DNA of 61,324 nt, filler included, from Dirinaria sp. TL-2023a (Eukaryota): NCBI GenBank assembly GCA_051941275.1. It is 5 parts of 5 records of this genome, joined end to end, with 100 filler letters (N's around TTAATTAATTAA, not from the genome) between each part and the next. Parts side by side here need not be neighbours in the genome. Positions count along the whole stretch, not along the records: positions 49,165 to 61,324 come from JAVEBF010000788.1; 4 more parts are not named here. One strand, given 5' to 3'. The notes below the pieces were generated by a model. The model was not told the origin of the DNA. It saw only the letters and a program-made list of their open reading frames with translations, and did not search any database. The position numbers and the translations under genes are program-made. Shown here piece after piece: positions 51,564-61,324 of this stretch. Within the stretch, counting starts at the first letter, position 1, and every line of letters begins with the position of its first letter.

Positions 51564-53558
51564 AAAGGAATCAGGATTCAGCGGTCCAAGCACATCTTTG
51601 ATGTTTCCACAACAATGCAAACATATATCCGAGGGAAAGGCTGTGAGCTGCGCCATAAAGCTAAGAAGAATGATGCTGATATTAGAGCAATAATTGCTAG
51701 TAACCAGAATGACTAGCTGAAAACCTATTATTTGCAACACTACTCGACTGTCGGCGGTTGTTTCGCTCTTGAGAGCAAAATCAGAACAACCACACTACTA
51801 TAGCTAGGAGTGTAACCTACTGTTATGACTTCCATAAGCCCTCATCCACAACTTTCTATTCCCGAAAGCTGAAAGGTCCGCTAGCTGTTTTCGATTCATT
51901 TATCCAGCCTTTCCTTGATCAAAGGCTGCTTCCTATTCTGCTCAAAACCATACAACAAAGGACGCTCGTCCAGACTAGGTGCGATACGCAGCTCATCTGG
52001 AACCCTCGGACGCCTGCCATGGCCTCCCGCCTTCTATTAGCGCCGGCAAGCACAAGCATTTGTTTGTAGACAGAATGCTTGATAAGGTATTTGAGAGTCA
52101 AGACAACTTTCCTTGAACTGGATGAAGCAGAGCGAATGAACGAACGCCATTGTGGGGCTGGCTCCAGCCAAGAGCTAAGATCATGGAAAGGGATAGCGTC
52201 ATCGACACGAAAATGTCTTACCCATTCATGCTACCCGAGGAATCAGGTAACTTAACTCGTACTAGGGTTGGAAAATTTCCTGAAAGAAATTCGACTCTCC
52301 GCAACGACGAAGCCAACAAATCTCTGAAATACTTAACAATAAAGAAGTCCAGGCACTCAAGCTTGTTCTACAGTCAATCCAGAAGCCTAAACCATAATAC
52401 TCCTCATTATCGGAAAACATTGCTCGTGGTAAAGTTTTTCAGCTCTTCAAAACAGTGTCACGCATCCGTAGAAGCGGCCACAACGCTTTCTGAGTCGAAC
52501 AAAGCGAACGCAATCCTTGAAAAGTCCGTTGAAATCCTGCCATATAGGGGATTCGTCCGCTTTGAGACTGTTCTTTAGATGCCGAAAACAATTGTTAGAA
52601 GCGTTCAAAGGAAGCTTGGTACTAAGGTAGGTAGTTGTTGACTATGAGATGTCTGTAATGGAGCGAGAAGTGAACTCAAGCCTAAATTCCTGCCGTTAAA
52701 GCATAATTTATTATCTTCACCAAACCGAAGTGTGCCATTTTGCAGAGGGGAGAGCTACACGAGAAGCACGGGAGGCGTTAGCGTCAGATCCTGATCCGTA
52801 TTTAACATTGCGCAAAGGGCTCTCGAAGTGGAACTTGGAGAAAGCGGTGGGCGCGTCGTAGATGCATGCCGCTGTGTATAATAGATCAAAGCCTTCTCTG
52901 CCTATGTTCACATTCCCAAGGCATTTCTTTACATCATTCCTTGTTCATTGTGAGGTTTGGTAGTCGTTCGCGCCCTGGAAAGAGGTCACAAATTTTGGAG
53001 ATTAATGAGCAAGTATAGGGTAGCGAGTGGCGATTGATATTTGTATAATTCTTGGCTAATCATTTCCTAACGACCTGCTAGGCAGGCTGCTTTTGATATT
53101 CGCTTACAGACGGCTTTACATTTTGAACGACAACATAGAACAGCATTGCATGGACTCGGCAAATGCTTGCAGAACGTCGCCACGTGCCCTTGCATCCTAT
53201 TTCATGGGATGTGTAAGCCCAAGAGGCTCCAAGAACCGTATGTCTTCGCCTATACGTTTTGGCCCTTCTTGATGGCGCAGATGGCGAGAAGCTCAGCTTA
53301 TGTTTGGATGCTATGCCATGGTAAGAGAACCTCTGGACCGGGACTCCTCCGATTGGACTATTGTGTTTTATTTTGGTACAGTAGATACTACTGTTTAATC
53401 CTCTAACGAGACACTGCCTCATCCGCGTCGTTCAGATCAGACTAGATACGTCAAAGTTAGCGACTTCGGTCAGTAAACGCTAGAAGATACAGCAGATTCG
53501 GTAGCAATCGATGAGGCGCAAATGGCTATTCATCATGCCAAAATGATGTAGAAGTATG

Positions 53559-55110
53559 CTATGTACCCATGCTCTCAAAGGAAACTTGCGGCGTGCTTAC
53601 ATCTCCACTACCGTCGTGCACCATGCCGTCCAATCCTTCGGTTTCACCCCCGATAAGGGGCGCTCGCTCACCCTTCGGTTTTGAATAATGGCTTGCTACA
53701 CTTATTAAAGCGACCGACAAGCCATGGACCATAATGGAGCCTAGGACCACAAAGCAGACTATAGGCCAGATAGTTTCAATTGCTGCTTTATGCGGATGTT
53801 CAGAAGGAGGGTGTGGAAATGGACGCGACGTCTCCGTCTCCAGTTGTGCACGGGCTTCAATGACGAGGAAGAGAGCGCCCACGCCCACTACCAGTTTTCA
53901 AAGTCAGCATTCCATGTTTGAGTTCGTTGGTTAATTTAACAGGGTTGTTGCACCCTCAAATGGGGTAAAATGCCTTGGGAATATATAACTTACTTGGACC
54001 AAAATGACCGCAAAACAATGCCTCTCTGTAAGTTTCGATATCGGGAATCAGTCGTTTCATCGCTAATACTATTGGTATACGACGAAAGAATAGGACCAAC
54101 ACGAGGAGACTGATAAGCTTTCCCACTGCAATGTTTGGGGTTTCTGGAGTGGGCGAGAAACGAGACCATGGGATTATGGCCCCGAAATAGACGAACATCG
54201 TAGAATTCAGCAATAAATCGAGAACGTCTGGCAAATGTGTTTCCTCTGTTTTGCTCGCGAACCAGCCATCCCAAGCAAAGCCAGCCCCTGCGCCGAAAGA
54301 CACCAAAAAATCATCCGTGCCTAGCGAACTTCCAACTCCCACACAAAACAACGCAAGCAGAAAGTAGAACACAAAGAAGAACGAGCCGCCTACATAAGCA
54401 CTCTGCTCAGCGACTCTAAGGGCTCGGTTGGCGCACAGGCCTATTACAAGACCGAGAATAGTTCCAAAAACGCATTGCCAAAGAATTGTTGCTAAGACCC
54501 ACTCTTTGATGGCGAAACCCGCGGTTTCCTCCAGCAGGGCGAAGATTCCTACGTAGAGATATGGGAAGGAAGTCCCGTCATTGCATCCCGACTCAGCTGA
54601 CAGCATATGCCTCAGCCTTTTGGGGACTCGATTTGCAAATTGTGATGTGTTTAGAACACTGGCAGCGAGCACAGGGTCCGTAGGAGCAAGGCAGGCGCTA
54701 ACGATTAGGGCCGTACTAAACCCTGTACGAAAGATGCCATAGATGAACGAGGCAGTGATCAGCCAGCTGAAGATCATAACAGGTCCGAGCATCATGGCTA
54801 CACTCTTCCAATGCCGCTTCAGATATCCTCTAGGTAATTCGACTCCAACAGCAAAGACTTGAACACCAACAATGATCCTGGCCGCTTCCTGAGTGATGTT
54901 GTCCTCCCAGCCCCAACTCTGTGGATCGAAAACATCGGCCCCTTTCGGTCCAAAGGCGATACCTACCAGTGTGGCCAAGGGCGGTTCGGACAAATGGAGG
55001 CGGTTTCGGATGAATCGCGAAAATAGCGCATAAAGAATAAGAAATGTCGAGAGAACGAGATAGAGGATGTGGGCGGAGGTTGGTTCCAAATGTTTGTGTA
55101 TCCAAGCCAT
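53559..55110 (-). CDS. Na+(K+)/H+ antiporter, CPA1 Nha1/Sod2 family, short C-tail, 2 exons
   Basis: TDPVLA, LSAESGCNDG, GTDDFLVSF, FCGHFGP|MGVGA and GSIMVHGLS; intron ~53888-53992. Confidence 0.93.
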
Positions 55111-56488
55111 GGCAGGCTGTTTCAACGCTGCCAAAAGATTGCGTCGACTGTAATAATTAAGGATCGCAATTTCATGAGACAATCAAGAAAGATCTATCGC
55201 ACGTACCAGAAGGGCTATTCATGTAAAGTGCCAATGTTCAGTGGCTTCCAGATAAGATAGGTATACGAAAGCACGACAAGGAGTTTGTGAAGGTTCTGGT
55301 CCGTATTCCATGCACGAGAGTACTTCCAATACTTCCAAACCACCAGCGTGCATTTAGTGTGTGTACGCGGCTGATGCGACTACCTTACGTATACCTACCT
55401 ACATTATGCAGGCATCTCCAACTTGTGGGAAAAGCAAAGACGGAGGCACTTCGATCACGTGAGCCGTCGCTCCAAGCGACTAAAGTTCGGTAGAGTCGGT
55501 AACCGCCTGAGCCGCTGTTGAAGCACAGGGCCACAATCAACCGCAGGGGCTTCGCACGTCCGAGGTGTCTATGTGAGGCTGAAGCAAAATGGAAATTCTC
55601 GCATCTTCTCCACCTACTAACGGATACGAGAGGTTTTAAAAGGCTAGAGAGGATACCTCAAGGTATTTACTTCGTAGACTGCTGTCCATTTTGTTCTTCG
55701 TAAGAAAAGGGTTTGGATCTTCGACAACCTCACTTTGACACCCATCGGTGATATGAGGACCCAGCAGCACACGAAAGAGGGCAAGACGTGCTCCAGACCT
55801 ACTAAGATTCATTAAATAGTACGGGTTTATCGGCGCAGTCTTGCGTCCGTTTTAAACTCTGCCGGTACGCAGAGTTATATCGCTGCCTCAATATATACAA
55901 TCCTCTAAATATTATTAAAGTTGAGCAATTGTACGCTAGTGGCATAGATGAACCATGGTGAGTAAGGAGATACTGACATAATTTACCTGACTATGAGAGA
56001 TGTAATCTTTCTTCGCCGAGGCTATTGTTGCGCCGCAACTGAATCACCACGGTAAAATCACTTTATGCCCATAATTCGGATAGGTAACGAACGACAGCGG
56101 GTAAGCAACGCAAATATTTAAGGCTTGCTCTACTTCCGATGCTTCATGATCCATATCAAGACGCCTAACGCTTTTATCGCACGTGATCGTGGATTTAGCT
56201 CAAACGTGTGATTTTGCAACGTTATAAGGCTCTCTTGAGATCTGCTAAGACGAGGAAGGACCTAAAGTTTGGTCACTTCTGTGCTTCGATCTGCGTAGCC
56301 GCCTTCTCGCACAAGGACCACTAAAGATCTTAATCGACACTGGAGGCGACTTCATGTGACCGGCCAGCTGGACTTTGGCTGCTGAGCTCCACCACGAACC
56401 AAACCAAGAATATGGTCGAATAACTTCGATCGTTAGTATGTAGATCAGAATGATAGATGGTTGAAACGTTGTTTCAAACGTCAAAAAA

Positions 56489-57460
56489 TTGCATCTTCAG
56501 GATTGCCGGTTTGAGTATTTGATGTTGCAGTTATCGACGCTTCTAGTAATAAGGACAGCAGCTTTGGAAGTCTATCATACAAGGCGCGGCGCGCGTGCAA
56601 GGTGCCTTCACGACATCTGGGCAAATGCCAGGACGACGGAACTCCTTGGGAATACCTCAGGAGACGAGATAAGCGATGATAGGTCTAGATACGTACAAAC
56701 AGTATGAGCTAGAGGTGCTACATCAATATCATTTTCGTATGGAAGACTTCGACTACGGACGAGAGTTAATGAATAGCGGTTTCGTTAAGGAAGCCATATA
56801 TAACTCCGATTCCGAGCCTCTTACCAATATTTCACCCCAAATAGGTTGTCTCTCTTTCTTCGGTCTGACGAGCGTGAAATCGGCGGCAAAATAGCCATCG
56901 ATCGCCTTGTAATACTGGATGCCGACGGTCACCTCCACGAGACCCGTTCCTACTACTGAAGAATTACTCATCCACGTTGTACGCGGCGTTAGTATCACCG
57001 TCACTCTGCAGAGATGCTTATCCGTCAACTGACCATTGTTCACAGGATTTGCACGACAGGTATGCTGAAATCTCGACAATCTCAGAATGCTAGATATTGT
57101 AGGGGCTAACACACAATTCCGGTGCGCAGATCGATGCCACGATCATTGATGAATAGTTGAAGGCTGGATTCAAGAAAAGGGATGGCTGCAGCTAGACGCG
57201 GTGACGAAGGCTGGAAGCCAACACCACGGATAGTCACCTTCGTCAGTGCAGAGGTATCCATTAACAGCGCCCTTTCTCAGGCTTCTTTCAGCTGCACTAA
57301 ACAAGCGCGCTGCTCAGACCATAATGACAGCAGCGCCATTTGTGGTGCGTTTCAATTTGATAATGCCTAGACCATCTCGTAGGAACTTTGACCAATTTGT
57401 TTTCTTCATAATAAATCCTTGGGTATTCCATAAGCTGAAAGCCGTAGAGTTGATGGCTGA
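56489..57460 (+). pseudogene. Possible decayed F-box/LRR-like gene
   Basis: Collinear broken frames (CRFEYLMLQLS..ALEVYHTRR; NLDNLRMLDIVG; FHKLKAVEL) with many stops. The resemblance is weak and unverified. Confidence 0.25.
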
Positions 57461-58747
57461 TAAGGTAGTCATGCCTACGCCAGGTGCTGGCTCAATGGAG
57501 AGGCACGGGGGCCAGAAATCGCGCTTAAACCTGGAATTGGCCCGGATGGGTCCTTCTCCACCGTTTCTGAGCATGATCCTGGACATAATTCGAGCCGTAG
57601 GCCTTGCAGACAGGGGACTGTGTGCTCCTGAGATATAGGTCCAGGGGTCCGGAAATCAGTACCTTATGATTACCCCTAACCCTAGGCAGTTTTAATAGCG
57701 CGGAACGAACATAAAACATGCTGCATGAGGTACGAAATACTTAGCTCAACCCAAGGTAAAGACACACTTCACACACTTCTACCAAAGGTTTCACTAGCAT
57801 GCCTATAGCCCGCGTGAAATGCACAGGTCTATCCAGTTTTGCGTATCGTATCGCTTGTACAGTAGTCCTTCGTTATAAAGAATCGCATATAAGGAGTCTT
57901 AGTCTATGAGGAGTCAAAAGTGTCGGAATCCTGATCTTGTATTTGAAACTGGGGAGTTTCAGCCTGTAAAGAAGCTGCTTTGCGTTTGCGATAATTAGCT
58001 AGTACTCCTCGTAAAGCGTATGTAGTGGGGGTCCGAGGGCAGGATAGCACAAATCCAAATTCCGGCAAGAGACTGCACTGCTCGACCTTTAGCGATATGT
58101 TTTGGGTCTCGCCACAAGGTATACGTCCGTGAAAGGAACTCTCTCCGATACGACTTGCCGAAGGATGAGGCGTTTATAGTTAGTACTCCGATCAGTTTTG
58201 GAGATGGAATAGGGAGAGAGGTCAATGCCATGATAATCAGCCGCTCAGAGGGCTTGTCAGGAAATCTTTGTAGTAAGCCTTTTTGCTTCACAAGTGAGCG
58301 ATTGAATAGGAAGACAGAGCGAGGCGAAGCGGGGCGATGGCAGTATCCAAAGACAATAAAGAAGCTCGTTCCACAGAAAACCATACAAATAAGATCTTTC
58401 CCTTTCTCGGCAACGATGGGTTGCGTTTCAAAGGATCAAAAAAAGTGGCGTAAAACTTGAAATCTAGTGCGAATCGTGGCACTTGTGAATTTTATGGCCG
58501 GTTTTTGAATTAGACTTAATTTCCTTTCCCATGAAGGGCTTTTAACATGAAGAATTACTTCACCTTATTAGCCTGCTGGATGGGTTTGGTACAGCTCTTA
58601 CAGCTCCTAGCTGTGTAGTGTATGATTTTATTCGATGTTGTCATGGCAGTCAAAGGATTAGGACCTATGGTAATGATGGCATTTTCGACGCCGACTCGTC
58701 AATGCCCTACAGATATCGATCCAGGCCCAGCTCTAGTCCATCCTGCG

Positions 58748-60144
58748 CTACACCTTGGTGATTGCCCAGATTTCACCAGTCTCATCCGAACTCATGAAGA
58801 GTCTTCCGGCCTTGTCAAAAGCGAGACCAGCGGGTCGGAAACAATCTTTATTCCAAACGTAGGGACGTATCTGACCACATTTGTTGACGTCTACATTGCT
58901 CATAATGTCGATGACTGCGGTCTTGCTGTCCGACTTAGCTACCGGAAATCCATGTGCAAAGTCAATTTTGGAAACTTTATAGCCCGTTGACCCATTGCGA
59001 TCCCTGATCGGACACGATTTAGTTCGTTTGCACATTAATAGGATTTAAGTACTAACCAGCTGCCATGAAAGCTGACATATGCTGCAGTTCCGTCTGCTGT
59101 AAACTTCAAATCGATTGGAGCGTTATGCGGAGGGAGTGTGAGGAGAGGAGCCGCTCTCTCTTTGGCGCAGACTGCATCGTTGATGGTATCGTTCGCCGTG
59201 AATGTATCGTTCACATCACCTACGAGAAATTGATTACCAACCACCAGGTCGCCTCTATTGGGAATGGCATGCACGTCCCAAGCAGCGTGACAGTATGGAT
59301 ATCCGTGATTGAGGCCTTGGTTCAGATCATTTGCTTTACCGATTATGCCGTGATAGTTTAGTTCGTCGCCTGGATTGTTCTCGGAAATATCCTTGCCGTT
59401 TCTCGTCGCATAATCCATGCCCATCTCAACACTGTAGATGCCGCCAGTCAAAGGGTGCTCCGCAACTCCGACTGAGTTGCGTAAACCCCATCCAAGGAGT
59501 TTTCCAGTTGTGTTGAAATTTTGTGTAGCCGTTTGATTCTTCTGTACGGCAAATGACTTGATCTGGCAGTGGCCGGTGGTTAAGTCTAGAGAATTAAAGT
59601 CTACGTTGGACTGGCTACCACGGCTAACAATTAAGGTATTTTCCTGTTTCTTTGCGAAAAGCAGCGTTCTGGTAATATGGTCGCCATCGCTAGTATGAGC
59701 GATATCTACAATGTTGCTGCCGTTTCCGCTCACACTACGCTTCGCAGCATCGTAGGGCCAAGAGAAGACCGCCTCCGCTGAGGAAGCATACAGTGTTTTG
59801 CCATCGCTAGAGAGGGTAATGCCGTGTGTAAGATCGACGTTCTGAATGACATCTGATTTCTGAGAGACTTTCAAGCAGTGGTCAACCTCATCCTGAATGC
59901 CTAAGCTTGTGATGCCGACTTGCTGTTGGACCACAAGAAGGTGACCATGGCTGTCGAAGATGAGTCCGCGTGGTTTTGTGAGGTTTGAAGCAATAAGCTG
60001 GGCTGTATATCCTGGTGCGAGAGAGGGCGCCGGATAGCTGGGGTGTAATGCAGACGCACACGGACTCGAAGCCGGTGCTGAGGCAGCTTCTGTGGCCGCA
60101 AATACAAGGCAGATGAACGAGTGCAGATTTTTTCGTAGATACAT
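58748..60144 (-). CDS. Secreted PQQ-dependent sugar dehydrogenase (CAZy AA12, glucose/sorbosone dehydrogenase beta-propeller), 2 exons
   Basis: Signal peptide, PRGLIFD, HGITLS, HITRTL, GWGLRNSVGVAEHP, GYPYC, HNAPIDLKF, FHGSW|DR and CFRPAGLAFD..GRLFMSSD.TGEI. Confidence 0.9.
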
Positions 60145-60785
60145 GTCAATGTGGATAGCTGGCGGAGTTCGATTGGAGGTTATGATTACGGCTTTTGCAG
60201 CGGGTCAGGTGGTTGATATTGACGAAGAGGAACGGAAGAAAGAGAGAGTGCCCGCAGGTAATAATCCATTGCTTTGAATGGGCAGCAGTCCAGGGTGCAG
60301 GACGCTGCGCAGGCGGGTCGCGAAATGAGGCGGCAGGATGAATGGGTCTTTGCTGGGCCTGCTCCGTCATACTGCACTGCTGCTAGAGGGAAAGAGTAAT
60401 AGTTGTAGTAGCTTCGGTACCTAGGGTAGAAATGGCTAGCTAGTCGTTTTGATAAAAGGTAGACTTAACTAAGGTAAGGTAAACAGTCGCCGCCGCCGCC
60501 GCCGCCAGCTCTCTACCCGCACCTATCATCATGAAATTGCGCGGCTGTACAGCGCGTAAGATCCTAGCTAGCCTCATGAACGCCAAGACTATCGTCTAGT
60601 TATCTGCAGGCGCACTTTGGCAAGCACGGGCAGGATGCAGATAGGAATGGCTTGTCCAGGGAATAATACCTTAGTACTCCGTAATTTTGGGCGTCCCCGC
60701 ACCTCGCATCCCAAAAGTTGTCCGTCAATTAGGTCGCTCACATTTGCATCAGGCAGGTGTTATAGATACCTTAGGAGGCCTTGGC

Positions 60786-61324
60786 GTGATGATATAATTG
60801 TCTATATAGTCTTTGTAAACAGTAATTATTTGATACATGTGTAAATAATAAAATGATGTAGAAAACAAATTTTGAAAGCAAAACAGCGATATAGGAGGAA
60901 CTCGATCATATTATCAATTAAAACTACCTTTGAATTCGAAGAGCTACTGAGGGTTACCACTGACGATGAGGCCCGCGATCCACCCTGACCGTCGCGATGA
61001 GATGGACGCGATCGGCGCGACGTCGACAAGTGAACGAGACATCATCGAGACGTCTTCGCAGAGAAGAATATCAGAATCGAGCGAAATATTGAATGAGATA
61101 AATAAGATTGTGAGACTTTATGAGTTTAAGAGAATCAATGTCAGCGAAATGATGTCGATGACTGAACTGCACAATCTGTTCAACATGATTCGCGCAAAGA
61201 CGCGTCAGAGCGAAGTCGCAATTATTTCGATCACACAAAATGATAACGACGCGATGATTGCGCGACTTAAGAAGATGATCAGCAGATTTGAAAAAGCTGT
61301 ACAAAAGAAGAAACACGTGTAGAA
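60786..61324 (+). mobile_element. Probable 5' end of a hypermutated transposon (LINE ORF1/gag-like), cut off by the contig end
   Basis: Abrupt AT-rich stretch followed by an ATG ORF (60966) with coiled-coil character and no Gly, Pro or Trp after residue 17; complete loss of CC/GG; lies at an assembly break. No diagnostic domain visible, so family is uncertain. Confidence 0.5.

Noticed and set aside
51600..53500. Short ORFs (52150..52578, 52717..52911, 53078..53422, 53146..53406)
   Set aside because: No motifs and no consistent splice structure; at most unidentifiable remnants.
57995..58460. Kinase-like fragment (LDLCYPALGPPLHTLY) on the minus strand
   Set aside because: Single short resemblance with no HRD/DFG or other kinase motifs nearby.
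60146..60370. 74-aa ATG ORF ending 1 nt before the AA12 start
   Set aside because: No evidence it lies within the transcript and no coding features.

Overview
Filamentous ascomycete (Pezizomycotina) nuclear DNA with short spliceosomal introns. The window is not one locus. It is five contigs of 12203, 12198, 12196, 12167 and 12160 bp, in descending size order, joined by 100-nt N44-TTAATTAATTAA-N44 spacers, so gene order across spacers has no biological meaning. About 19 recognisable genes: old yellow enzyme, cytochrome P450, Tco89-like, MET10, FMP52-like, CCT8, mitochondrial phosphate carrier, HSL-type hydrolase, a RING/RGG/RS protein, CTP synthase, an RGG protein, NMNAT, UFD4 HECT ligase, cytochrome b5, a PTH11-like receptor, a pyridoxal reductase-like AKR, VPS16, PPWD1/Cyp15, a Na+/H+ antiporter and an AA12 PQQ dehydrogenase. 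There are also decayed F-box-like fragments and a probable transposon start. The most unusual signals are: (1) a 309-nt probable transposon segment with zero CC or GG dinucleotides but plentiful CA/TG and CG, suggesting RIP-like mutagenesis with a non-canonical CpC target; (2) recurrent C-rich to G-rich compositional switches inside conserved genes, often with low-complexity inserts and next to contig breaks; (3) a CTP synthase with KTKLTQ in place of the conserved KTKPTQ; (4) a 71-codon open in-frame leader on NMNAT. No tRNA, rRNA or CRISPR could be supported.
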